From: Christensenellaceae bacterium
GTDB lineage: Bacteria > Bacillota > Clostridia > Christensenellales > Borkfalkiaceae
Reading direction: 5' to 3'
Length of the DNA stretch: 64,000 nt
Assembly (NCBI GenBank): GCA_045534575.1
Contig: JAZSJZ010000006.1
Span: 14,374 to 78,373, forward strand
Below, one piece after another: positions 55,551 through 64,000 of the stretch. The notes below the pieces were generated by a model. It was not told the origin of the DNA and ran no database searches. It was given only the letters and a program-made list of their open reading frames with translations. The position numbers were made by a program, and so were the translations under genes. Position 1 is the first letter of the stretch. Every line of letters begins with the position of its first letter.

Positions 55551-56165
55551 TTAATTTACCTTTTCAAAATCGCTTGCAGGGTGCTTGCACAGTGGGCAAA
55601 TGAAATCTTCGGGAAGCGTTTCGCCGTCAAACTCCACTTCATAGCCACAAATCATGCACCGCCAAAGCGACTTAGTCGTTTCAACCTTTTTAGGCTTTGG
55701 CTTAATATTTTTGTGGTAAAATTCGTAAGTGGCGGAAGGCAAGCTGCTAAAATCGCCACTTTCGGTTATTTCAGCGATAAAAAGCGTGTGCGTTTTAAGT
55801 TCCACTTGGTTTATGACCTTTGCCGAAATGAAAGCGTTTGTGCCTTTGGTAATTGCTAAAAGCCCGTTTTCAACTCGCTTAGCGTTAGAAAAAGAGGCGA
55901 ACTTGTCTTCATCTCTTCCGCTAACAAACCCAAACTTTTTAAAAAGTTCAAAGTCCGCACTCTCGTCAATGATAGATAGCGTGAAAACGCCCGTTTCTTT
56001 TATTAAATCGTGAGTAAACCCGGTGTTATTCACGGCAATAGATAAAACGTTAGGGTTAGAGGCAATTTGCATAGCCGTGTTAATTATGCAAGCGTTATCT
56101 TTGCCGTTTGCCTTTGCCGATAAAACGAATAAGCCGTAAGATAGTTTTTTTAAAGCGTCGCTCAT
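55551..56165 (-). CDS. flavin reductase-like domain fused to C-terminal rubredoxin
   Basis: LSYGLFVLSA...NACIINT flavin reductase fold; C-terminal WRCMICGYE...FICPLCKHP rubredoxin CxxC pairs. Confidence 0.8.
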   Translation of the reverse strand: MSDALKKLSYGLFVLSAKANGKDNACIINTAMQIASNPNVLSIAVNNTGFTHDLIKETGVFTLSIIDESADFELFKKFGFVSGRDEDKFASFSNAKRVENGLLAITKGTNAFISAKVINQVELKTHTLFIAEITESGDFSSLPSATYEFYHKNIKPKPKKVETTKSLWRCMICGYEVEFDGETLPEDFICPLCKHPASDFEKVN

Positions 56166-56271
56166 AAAATTCTCCTAAACCTTATGCAGATAATACTATT
56201 TTATCATAAAAATTAAATTTGTCAATACTAGTTTAAACTTTTCCGCATTTTAAATTTATGCTAAAAGTGGG

Positions 56272-56289
56272 GCTATAAGTCGATAAATA
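56272..56289 (-). repeat. intergenic repeat copy l (reverse complement TATTTATCGACTTATAGC)
   Basis: The 3' 13 nt ATCGACTTATAGC match subtype 2; AAAAGTGGGG tail. Confidence 0.6.
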
Positions 56290-56320
56290 GCAAATTTTCA
56301 CAAAATAATCATAACTTAAA

Positions 56321-56350
56321 TGAAAAAGTGGTGGCAAAAACCACCACTTT
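56321..56350 (-). terminator. intrinsic terminator of the ABC operon
   Basis: AAAGTGGTGG-CAAAAA-CCACCACTTT stem; U-run on the minus strand. Confidence 0.7.
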
Positions 56351-56354
56351 AAAA

Positions 56355-59000
56355 CTAAACCTTTCTAATTGCTTCAATAGGCGACTTTTTGCTCACCTTT
56401 ATGATAGGAATCAAAGAAGCAAGCGTCATAGAAACAAATAAAAGAACTGCAACTAAGCCAATGATAGGGAAAGTAAAATAAAGGAACTGAACACCTGTTA
56501 AAACGCCTTTCGCAAAAACTTTGTTGAGTAGTGGCAATGCAATTACATAAGAGGCAATATAAAACACCGAAGTTATAAGATAGAATATAACGCCAAGCGC
56601 ATAATAAATTTTAAAAATGCTCCAGCTAGTGCCACCGATTGCACGTATTATACCTATGTTTTTCTTGCTGTCGGAGACCACCGAAGAAATATAATTTATA
56701 AACATAAGCATGGAAATAACCAGGAATGCCGAGCCAAAAACTAAAAAGAGAGTTCTCAGAGCAATTAAGGTTAATTCGGTAAAAATGATATCTTGTGTAT
56801 AATCGCTATCTGCAAAAATAGTATATTCACTAAAAAATTTCGCATATTCAAGCGACTCTTCACGAGTTTCTGCCTTTTTCATAAGTATTTTAGAAACTGG
56901 TGTATTGCTTTCGTTCGCAAGTTCTGAGAAGAACTCATCTGAAATGTAAGTAATGCCCATCATCTGCATTTCAGGACTTTCTTTAAACAAAACCCCTTTA
57001 ACGACAACTTCTTTTTCAATTTTTTTACCTATGCTTTCATAATTTAAACAAAGTGTTATTGTTTCTCCAACTCGCGGTGGAACTACGTTTTTAGGGGGAT
57101 AAGTATAATATCCACCAGGGTATGTGTCAACCCATTCAGTATAGTAATAATCTTCGTTATTTAGTTTTTCTCCAAAAAATTTTTCATAATCGCTCTTGCT
57201 TAAATAAATCTCGTTATCTTCAAGTGAAATATCTTCTGTTTCAGATAAATATTGAAACCCGTCGGCAGTATATAACAACTCGTAATAACCAACAAAATTA
57301 TGAACAGGGCGTACATCGATTGAAAAGTTTTTTCCATTCACAAAAAATCCATCATTTTCTAAAAAAAGTATACCTTCACCACCAATCACACCATTTTCCG
57401 CAAATTTTAAGCTTCCATGAGCAGACGCTATTTTATTAACCCACTCATCATTTACAAATAGAGAACAATAAAGTTTTTTCATTGCAAGCTCTTCAATAGT
57501 AAACATATCATCTGTTGAGTATTGAACGTTGCCGTTAGGAGATTTATCCACCAATGCTTGCAATTCTTCATACTTTTCTATAAAACCAAATTTTTCATAG
57601 TCGGTTTTTAATATGCCAGCAACCTTTAGTGTAGCACTGCTACCCGGATAAATTTCCATAACAAAGATTTTACCTATTAAATCTTCGATCTTCGCATCGC
57701 TATTGAGTGCAACATTTGCATCCCCGTCTATATATTTACTATTTGCCCGTATAAGCCCAATAGCATAATAATCTGTAATGTATGCGCTTTGGATATCTAA
57801 CGGCAAATATTCGCCTATCATAGCATATCCTAAAATGTTTTTAATATCCTCCGCGCTATTAATTTCAATATAGCTGTTTCCGTGCCAAAATATACCCGTA
57901 GGGGAATATCGGTCCGTTGTAATTGTATAATACGGCGTCCCAAACTTAATGTTACGTTGATATAAAAAATCAGTATATGGTGAATACTTGTTTTCAATAT
58001 TATATTGATTTATGTAAGATACATTTTTTCTATCCGCTTCCACATTGATATTACCATTACCATTATAATCTATTCCTTGTATAAATTGATAATATGGCAC
58101 ATTGTCGTCAAACAATTTATCAGATAAACTTCTATCTGAATCAACCTTCAAAACAGAGCCGAGAATGCAAAACATTGCGCACGCTAAAAAAGACAAAATT
58201 AATGAAATGGTAAACCTAATTTTTCGCTTAAAAATGTTTTTTATTGCAAATTTACCAACGTATTTTGGCGGAAATTTAGGTTTAATCGACTTATAGACAG
58301 ACTTTTCTTCATTATCGCTTGCAATTTCAGTTTTGTTCTGAACGCTTTCGATAACACCGTCTTTCATGGTGATAATTTTATCTGCATAGCGATTAGCAAA
58401 ATCTAAATCGTGGCTAACAACGACCACAGCAATCTCTTTTGAGAGCTCTTTTAAAATTTGAAAAACGTTTTCTGCGTTGCCACTATCAAGGTTTCCCGTT
58501 GGCTCGTCGGCAAGAAGAAGTTTTGCTCCCTTTGCAAGTTGGCGCGCTATTGCAACACGTTGGCGTTCACCGCCAGAAAGTTCGTAAGGCAATCTTTCAC
58601 CATAACCTGACAACCCAACCTTTGTTAAACTTTCTTCAATCATTTCGGGCGTTGCGGTAATTCCTGCAATGTTTAACTGAAGTTCTATGTTTTGAAAAAC
58701 GGTTAATTCTTCTAAAAGATTAAACTCTTGAAAGATAATTCCAACGTAAGAAGCACGATAGGAATCATATTCGCTTTGCGAAAAACTTTTCATTGAAACG
58801 CCGTCAACTAAAACGTCGCCAATGCTAATTTTATCTAGCCCGCCTAAAAGGTTTAAAAACGTTGATTTACCGCAACCAGACTTACCAACGATAAAGCACA
58901 TACCTTTAGTTTCAAACGTGCAAGAAACACCTTTAAGAGCAAGAACTTTATTCTTGCTCTTAGTGTTGTAAACGTGTCTTAAATCTCTAACCTCAATCAT
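56355..59000 (-). CDS. fused ABC transporter ATPase + FtsX/MacB-type permease with large extracytoplasmic domain
   Basis: Walker A GKSGCGKST, LSGGERQRVAIAR, LLLADEPTGNLD; TM at about aa 255; about 480-aa loop; C-terminal FtsX-like 3-TM bundle. Confidence 0.85.
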   Translation of the reverse strand: MIEVRDLRHVYNTKSKNKVLALKGVSCTFETKGMCFIVGKSGCGKSTFLNLLGGLDKISIGDVLVDGVSMKSFSQSEYDSYRASYVGIIFQEFNLLEELTVFQNIELQLNIAGITATPEMIEESLTKVGLSGYGERLPYELSGGERQRVAIARQLAKGAKLLLADEPTGNLDSGNAENVFQILKELSKEIAVVVVSHDLDFANRYADKIITMKDGVIESVQNKTEIASDNEEKSVYKSIKPKFPPKYVGKFAIKNIFKRKIRFTISLILSFLACAMFCILGSVLKVDSDRSLSDKLFDDNVPYYQFIQGIDYNGNGNINVEADRKNVSYINQYNIENKYSPYTDFLYQRNIKFGTPYYTITTDRYSPTGIFWHGNSYIEINSAEDIKNILGYAMIGEYLPLDIQSAYITDYYAIGLIRANSKYIDGDANVALNSDAKIEDLIGKIFVMEIYPGSSATLKVAGILKTDYEKFGFIEKYEELQALVDKSPNGNVQYSTDDMFTIEELAMKKLYCSLFVNDEWVNKIASAHGSLKFAENGVIGGEGILFLENDGFFVNGKNFSIDVRPVHNFVGYYELLYTADGFQYLSETEDISLEDNEIYLSKSDYEKFFGEKLNNEDYYYTEWVDTYPGGYYTYPPKNVVPPRVGETITLCLNYESIGKKIEKEVVVKGVLFKESPEMQMMGITYISDEFFSELANESNTPVSKILMKKAETREESLEYAKFFSEYTIFADSDYTQDIIFTELTLIALRTLFLVFGSAFLVISMLMFINYISSVVSDSKKNIGIIRAIGGTSWSIFKIYYALGVIFYLITSVFYIASYVIALPLLNKVFAKGVLTGVQFLYFTFPIIGLVAVLLFVSMTLASLIPIIKVSKKSPIEAIRKV

Positions 59001-59038
59001 AACAAATTATCCTTTCATTTTTGTTTTGAAAAATTCGT

Positions 59039-59560
59039 TTAAATAGATGGAACTAAAACTATGAGCAAAAGCGTATCTGGGAAATAGAAGAAATATACCC
59101 TTTGCGTTATAAGCCAATAATATGAGTTTTCAAAATTAGGAATATATTCTTTTGGAATTTCTCCTGCTCCAAGTGTTGAAGCTTTCCACTCATCATCGAA
59201 AAAATCTTCTTCCATTTCAGTGTTTTTTTGGTTTGAAAATGAGTTTTCGTTTAACCATTCTATCGGTTCGGTTTTAAATTCATATACCGTAAATTGTCTA
59301 TGCCGACCATTAGCAAACGAATTGTCAAAAAAATGATATAAAACGTCTGTGTCGGTTGGAATTTCAACGGCTGTTAGTTCTTGTATCCTATCTCTTTGTT
59401 GCCAAGCGTCTTTAGAGCAAGCGCTCAAGGAAAAAATGCTAACAGCAATTAAAATGCTACACAAAAATAATTTAACTGCGTTTTTCGAACAAACTTTTAA
59501 CGTTTTTTTGCGTAATTTTTTCACTTTCGCACCTTTTTTATTTGCCGTGCAATACGTCAA
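59039..59560 (-). CDS. hypothetical lipoprotein co-transcribed with the ABC fusion
   Basis: Lipobox SLSAC after a basic N-terminus; 38-bp gap to the ABC start; no family recognised. Confidence 0.45.
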   Translation of the reverse strand: MTYCTANKKGAKVKKLRKKTLKVCSKNAVKLFLCSILIAVSIFSLSACSKDAWQQRDRIQELTAVEIPTDTDVLYHFFDNSFANGRHRQFTVYEFKTEPIEWLNENSFSNQKNTEMEEDFFDDEWKASTLGAGEIPKEYIPNFENSYYWLITQRVYFFYFPDTLLLIVLVPSI

Positions 59561-59748
59561 AACTTAATCCTTTTTTCTTGCTTTTAATTATAGCATATAG
59601 GGGGCGGGTTGTAAATATAATCTAAAAAATTTTTGCGTTTCAAAATTGATAAAAAACTAATAAAACAACGTTTAAATAAAAATTGCAAAAACGTTTGTTT
59701 TGTGTTATATTATTTATAGCAGTTTAAACTGCTTAAATAAGGTGGGTT

Positions 59749-61632
59749 ATGAAAAAATTTGTTTTAGTGTTTGTTTTAATTTTAGTTTTTGCGCTTTCAG
59801 CGTGCAATAATATGGCGCAAAACTTTGAAAATAGTTCTAGTTCTCAAGGCTTTTCGTCTTTTCAAAACGAAAACCAAGGCGGGCAAAATTCGCAAGGCAA
59901 TTCTTCTAGCGGAGGGGCAAATTCTTCTAACGAAGAACAAAACTCGGCTTCAAACGAAGGGGCGAATACTTCTAGTTCCATAAACACTTCTTCTTCAAAT
60001 TCTAGTTCGCAAGGTCAATCTTCTTCGTATTCTTCGAGCATTTCCGTTTCAACGAATATTCCTTCAAGCGTAGAGTCGGTTTTAAACACGGCAATAAGCG
60101 AAACGGTTTTAATGCCAACGGGAATAGTTGAACACGACTATATTATTTTCCCAAGAGTTTCAAAAACCAACCTTGTTTATATGACCTTTGAATCGCACGA
60201 TACGTCGATTATCGATAACGAGGGAAGAGTTTATCAAGGTTCGAGCCAAAAGCAAGTTACCGTTAGCGGTTATTTTTCCTTTGATGGCTACACTAAGAAA
60301 AAAGATTACACTTTAACCGTTGCGCCTAAGAAGGAAGAGTCGGTAAAAATAACCAAGAACGATGCTAGAATTAAAAAAATTGTTGAAGTTAATAGCGTTT
60401 CAGCCTTAAAAACGGCGGTATCTTCTTTAAGCGCGGGCGATTGCATTTTGTTAAAGAGCGGAACTTACTCTGGGTTTAATTCAAAAATTGAGGCAAGCGG
60501 AACAGAGCAAAACCCAATCTTTATTCTTAGCGAGGTGGACGGCGGAGCGGTGTTCACTGGCTCAACCTATTTTGATTGCCGTGGCAATAACGTTATAATT
60601 TCCGGCTTAAAGTTCGCGAACGGCTCGCCAGCAAATTCGCGTGGCGCGGTAAGTTTTTTAGGCGATGATTGTAGGCTTACGAACTGCCTTTTTGATAGTT
60701 TTTATGAATCTAGCGTTGACGAAAAGTGGGTATCGCTTTCGGGAAAGCGGGCTGAGGTTGACCACAACGAGTTTGTTGGAAAGTCAGCGCCGGGCGCGCT
60801 TTTAACCATTTGGCGTGAAGACGATTCTAGTCAATTTCATCATATTCACCACAATTTGTTTAAAGATTTTCCAGCGGGAGATGCAAACGGCTTTGAAACG
60901 ATAAGGGTTGGCGATTCTACTATGAGCCAAAGTGATGCTTATTGTTTAATCGAAAACAACGTTTTCTCTTCATGCAACGGCGAAATTGAGATAATTTCTG
61001 TTAAAAGCGGAAGAAATATGGTTAGAAACAACACGTTTATCGAGTGCCAAGGTCATTTAACGTTTAGGCACGGCAAGAATAACTACGCTTATTCTAACGC
61101 GTTCTTGTGCAACGAGGTTTCAAATTCTGGCGGTATTCGCGCATACGACGGCGGGCACGTTATTAAGAACAACTACGTTTACGGGCAAAGGTCAACTTCA
61201 AACACAAGGGCTGGGTTTATTCTTCACTCGGGCGAAAACGAGGTGGGCGATATACCGAAAATAAACGCCGGTTGGACGGCTTATAACTGCCTTGTTGAAA
61301 ACAACACAGCGGTTAACTGCCAGCAAAGTTTTATGTTCTGCAAAAAATATACTTACGCAACCAAAGATATCGTTTTAAAAAATAACGTTGCTTCAAACTC
61401 TTCTTGCGCCGGCTTTAGAGTGAACATTGAGCCTAGAAATTTGCAATCTAGCGGTAATTTGGTTTACGCAAGCTCTGTTTATACTTCTAACACAACGTTT
61501 TCTAACCTTTCGGGCTTAGAGGTTAAAGCATATTTCTTGCCAACCATCTCTCAATTTGGTTGCTACGAATATTCAGGCTGTGGCTCAAGTGGCGTTAAGG
61601 TTTTGACCGAACAAAACGTAGGAAATTATTAA
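59749..61632 (+). CDS. lipoprotein polysaccharide lyase, PL6-like (chondroitinase B / alginate lyase fold)
   Basis: Lipobox ALSAC, S/N/Q-rich linker, then CRLTNC, KWVSLSG..AEVDHNEF, NGFETIRVGDS, CNGEIEIISVKSGRNMVRNNTF, GHLTFRHG, GGIR motifs as in PL6 enzymes. Confidence 0.75.
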   Translation: MKKFVLVFVLILVFALSACNNMAQNFENSSSSQGFSSFQNENQGGQNSQGNSSSGGANSSNEEQNSASNEGANTSSSINTSSSNSSSQGQSSSYSSSISVSTNIPSSVESVLNTAISETVLMPTGIVEHDYIIFPRVSKTNLVYMTFESHDTSIIDNEGRVYQGSSQKQVTVSGYFSFDGYTKKKDYTLTVAPKKEESVKITKNDARIKKIVEVNSVSALKTAVSSLSAGDCILLKSGTYSGFNSKIEASGTEQNPIFILSEVDGGAVFTGSTYFDCRGNNVIISGLKFANGSPANSRGAVSFLGDDCRLTNCLFDSFYESSVDEKWVSLSGKRAEVDHNEFVGKSAPGALLTIWREDDSSQFHHIHHNLFKDFPAGDANGFETIRVGDSTMSQSDAYCLIENNVFSSCNGEIEIISVKSGRNMVRNNTFIECQGHLTFRHGKNNYAYSNAFLCNEVSNSGGIRAYDGGHVIKNNYVYGQRSTSNTRAGFILHSGENEVGDIPKINAGWTAYNCLVENNTAVNCQQSFMFCKKYTYATKDIVLKNNVASNSSCAGFRVNIEPRNLQSSGNLVYASSVYTSNTTFSNLSGLEVKAYFLPTISQFGCYEYSGCGSSGVKVLTEQNVGNY

Positions 61633-61693
61633 ACTTCAAAGCCTTAAATCATAATTTTTAACTGTAGAAAAATTTAAAGCAAAAATAAAAAAA

Positions 61694-61725
61694 CTGTCCT
61701 ATAACCTCGTTATCGGGCAGTTTTT
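61694..61725 (+). terminator. intrinsic terminator of the PL6 gene, built around repeat copy m
   Basis: CTGTCCTATAAC-CTC-GTTATCGGGCAG (12-bp stem, one mismatch, one G-U) plus TTTTT. Confidence 0.75.
61698..61715 (-). repeat. intergenic repeat copy m (reverse complement CGATAACGAGGTTATAGG)
   Basis: 16/18 to subtype-1 core; ATAAC-GAG-GTTAT inner stem. Confidence 0.75.
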
Positions 61726-61732
61726 GTTTAAG

Positions 61733-61764
61733 AAAAAGCGACCTTGCGCTAGTGCAAGGTCGCT
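61733..61764 (-). terminator. intrinsic terminator of the 61793-63604 gene
   Basis: AGCGACCTTGC-GCTAGT-GCAAGGTCGCT stem; U-run on the minus strand (A5 at 61733-61737). Confidence 0.75.
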
Positions 61765-61792
61765 AAAAGTTTAGTTCTAAATAATTTAGTTT

Positions 61793-63604
61793 TTAGTTAA
61801 TTTCAACCGCGCCAATTTCAACAACACCGTTTACTCTTTGGTTTAAGTAAAAATCATAGTAGCCACAATTTGTTGCCGTTCCCGCATTTGCTACGACGGA
61901 TTGCATCGAAGGGCGAAGGTCGTTATCGAGCGTGGTTGCACCGGTTATCGTCGTTGCGTTCAGCAAGCTATTAAACGCTGAAACGCCCGTTTGAGAATCT
62001 TCAAACATATTGAACTTGTAGTTATTAGTATTGTTGCCAGCAAAGAAATAGTTGTTATAGAAGGTTATGTTCTTAGAATAGTTCGAAGAAAAATCAGTTC
62101 TAACTAAAGCGTTTCCTTCTGCGCCGTAAACAAGGTTGTTTATAAACGAAATGCCGTCAACTTTTGCAATAACGATTTCACCCGCCCACGATTCGTTTGA
62201 AGTGGTGTTGTTATAAAGCGTGTTGTTTATGAATTTTGTTGAATAAACAACGCCCGTTGAACTCGTTTCGTAGCCACCAACTCTTATTCCGCACATAGAA
62301 TTGTTTTTAACGATATTGTTGCGAACCAAAATGTTTTTAACGGGATAACTCGTTTGCTTTTCTTCGCTACCAACCTCAATACCGAATTGGCAGTTATAGA
62401 TTAAGTTTTGTTGCAAAATTATATCTCTAGAGCCGTCAACGTAAAGCCCAGCGCAGTCAGCGTAATCGCAGAAGCTGTTATAAATAACGTTTCCGCTTGC
62501 AATGCAGAATCTTGGTTGGTCTAGGCTTGCAGTTGAGCAGTAGCCTGCGTTGCCGTAAAAGTCAATGCCGATGTTAGTAATGTCGTGAACTTCGTTTTCA
62601 ATAACGTAAACGTATTCGCAGTTAGCGGTAACCGATAGCGTTTCAGCCCAACCCGTTACGTTATCGTAAAGTTCGTTGTTTGCTATAATAACGTGGCTAA
62701 TAGGGTTAGATTGCTCGCCGAAAAGCAAAATGCCGTTCGCTCCGGAATTTGTATCGCTTTGAGGGTTAGAGGAGGTGGTTTTAATTTCGTGAATGGTTAA
62801 ATTTCTCAAAATTAAGTGGTTTTGCCCATTTCCCCACATCGCAATGCCGTGAGCCGATTTTGCCGTTACGTTATAAATTTCAATGCCCTCGAAAACAATG
62901 TATTGGCAACCTGCGTCAAATTGGAAAGCGTAACTTTCGCTCTTTGTGGTTGGGTTTGTAATGATAGGCGTTTCGTTAGGGTAGTTACGGATTGTAACGT
63001 AGTTTTGGCTATCGCCTTTAGCGTTTACGAAATAGCCGTCGTATGAAGAAGGCGTATAAGTTCCGCCACGAAGGTATAGCGTTTGACCTTTTTGAACCTC
63101 GTCTAACGCTTCTTGCAAAGAATAAGGGCTATTCAAACTGCCGTCGCCATTGCCGTTAGGAGAGGCGAAAATAGCGTTTTGCGCTAGGCTTGGATTAAAT
63201 TCGTATTCGCCAAGAGATTTATAGTATGATAAAAATGCTTCGTCTTTTGCGCTAGCACTGTCAAAAGAGCCTTCGATGCGCGCGTCAAAGCGTTGGGCAA
63301 AGTTCAACTCTTCGCCAACTGCTGGCGTTTGAGAAGAAGAATTTCCACCGCTTGAAGAACTACTTGAGTTTTCGTTCCCTGTTTGATTGCTGTTTTGGTT
63401 TCCGCTTTGATTTCCATTTTCGTTTCCGTTTTGATTTCCGTTTTGGCTATCGCTATTAGACGAGCCAGAACCGTTATCTTGCGAGTAAATTCCGTTAGGC
63501 GAGTTTTTCGAACTTGAACTGTTTTGTTGATTTTTCGAGCAAGCCGAAAGTAAAACTAACGTTACCGCTAAAACTATCGCAACGATTAAACTTAACTTTT
63601 TCAT
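61793..63604 (-). CDS. lipoprotein, right-handed parallel beta-helix protein (putative polysaccharide lyase/hydrolase)
   Basis: Lipobox LLSAC, S/N/G/Q-rich linker, FASPNGNGDGSLNSPYSLQEAL...LYLRGGTY, many NN-containing beta-helix turns. Confidence 0.65.
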   Translation of the reverse strand: MKKLSLIVAIVLAVTLVLLSACSKNQQNSSSSKNSPNGIYSQDNGSGSSNSDSQNGNQNGNENGNQSGNQNSNQTGNENSSSSSSGGNSSSQTPAVGEELNFAQRFDARIEGSFDSASAKDEAFLSYYKSLGEYEFNPSLAQNAIFASPNGNGDGSLNSPYSLQEALDEVQKGQTLYLRGGTYTPSSYDGYFVNAKGDSQNYVTIRNYPNETPIITNPTTKSESYAFQFDAGCQYIVFEGIEIYNVTAKSAHGIAMWGNGQNHLILRNLTIHEIKTTSSNPQSDTNSGANGILLFGEQSNPISHVIIANNELYDNVTGWAETLSVTANCEYVYVIENEVHDITNIGIDFYGNAGYCSTASLDQPRFCIASGNVIYNSFCDYADCAGLYVDGSRDIILQQNLIYNCQFGIEVGSEEKQTSYPVKNILVRNNIVKNNSMCGIRVGGYETSSTGVVYSTKFINNTLYNNTTSNESWAGEIVIAKVDGISFINNLVYGAEGNALVRTDFSSNYSKNITFYNNYFFAGNNTNNYKFNMFEDSQTGVSAFNSLLNATTITGATTLDNDLRPSMQSVVANAGTATNCGYYDFYLNQRVNGVVEIGAVEIN

Positions 63605-63710
63605 AATTTCTCCATTTAATAATGTTTTAAAATATGTCTAAATTAAACCTTTTAACTTAGGCTCTGTATTCAATTAAACCACTTTAGATTGGTTTTGACA
63701 ATAAAAAAAC

Positions 63711-63743
63711 AAAAAAAGGCGACTTGCAAAAACGCAAGTCGCC
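63711..63743 (-). terminator. intrinsic terminator after the 45-aa ORF
   Basis: GGCGACTTGC-AAAAAC-GCAAGTCGCC stem; U7 on the minus strand. Confidence 0.75.
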
Positions 63744-63751
63744 AAGTTAAA

Positions 63752-63889
63752 TTACCAAATAATATCGTAATCGGTATCGCCTTCGTTGCCGTGGTCTAAG
63801 TTTCCGCCACCAGAACCCGTTGGGCTCATAAAAACGGAGTCTTGTAAAAAGTAAACTATGGTTAAAATAGGTTCTTTAAATTCCTTCAT
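63752..63889 (-). CDS. small 45-aa protein of unknown function
   Basis: Below the ORF-track size cutoff. MKEFKEPILTIVYFLQDSVFMSPTGSGGGNLDHGNEGDTDYDIIW; GGAGG 8 nt upstream; starts 14 nt after the upstream stop; followed by a strong terminator. Confidence 0.4.
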   Translation of the reverse strand: MKEFKEPILTIVYFLQDSVFMSPTGSGGGNLDHGNEGDTDYDIIW

Positions 63890-63903
63890 AACAATTTCCT
63901 CCG

Positions 63904-64000
63904 TTAATCGATTTGTGCGCCGTATTTGTTGAAAATTTCTTTATGGATTTCACCCATTAGATAATATGCGCCACGTGCAATATCGCAAATTCTTCTTTCT
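63904..64000 (-). CDS. 3' end of an unidentified gene (partial, runs off the window)
   Basis: The open frame ends ...RRICDIARGAYYLMGEIHKEIFNKYGAQID-stop at 63904-63906; too short to assign. Confidence 0.35.
   Translation of the reverse strand, partial: ERRICDIARGAYYLMGEIHKEIFNKYGAQID

Noticed and set aside
1-64000. Searched by eye for tRNA, rRNA, CRISPR repeats, transposases, integrases and phage structural genes
   Set aside because: None were found. No cloverleaf-type GTTCGAATC motifs occur in intergenic DNA, there are no regularly spaced repeats, and no ORF has recombinase or transposase signatures.

Overview
AT-rich chromosomal segment from an endospore-forming Firmicute, Clostridia-like by gene content. 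No rRNA, tRNA, CRISPR array, transposase, integrase or phage genes are visible. Left to right: an acyltransferase; feoA-feoB plus a Cys-rich partner and a convergent DtxR-family repressor; an ECF S-component divergent from a short MocR-type regulator; an orphan barstar; a T-box (best read as Ile) in front of an unusual two-gene operon (HTH-cupin-acyl-CoA synthetase fusion, then ACT-ACT-MBL protein). A roughly 15 kb Wzx/Wzy-type glycan locus follows: initiating sugar transferase, five GTs, Wzy, Wzx, ATP-grasp, DASS permease, DegT aminotransferase, O-acyltransferase, rfbA, rfbB and a KdsC-like phosphatase. Then a membrane-anchored DUF2726 protein; a 900-aa surface/membrane protein; nrdG, nrdD (with a C-terminal thioredoxin-fold extension) and trxB; and Ser-rich lipoproteins. 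Next is rpmG-secE-nusG-rplKAJL, followed not by rpoBC but by a Spo0A homologue whose receiver domain lacks the phospho-acceptor Asp. After it come veg, a DUF3794/LysM protein, ispE, spoIIR, sleB and ypeB. The right end holds beta-helix and PL6 lyase lipoproteins, ygjV, ddh, a WYL regulator, a Trp T-box with stand-alone TrpB2, a flavin reductase-rubredoxin and a fused ABC ATPase/FtsX permease. The most unexpected signals are: (1) a dispersed, strictly intergenic 18-nt repeat family (at least 13 copies), sometimes forming terminator hairpins and bracketing small gene cassettes; (2) the Ile T-box operon; (3) the pseudo-receiver Spo0A; (4) the NrdD-thioredoxin fusion next to trxB. All calls come from reading the sequence and translations by eye. 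No database search was run.
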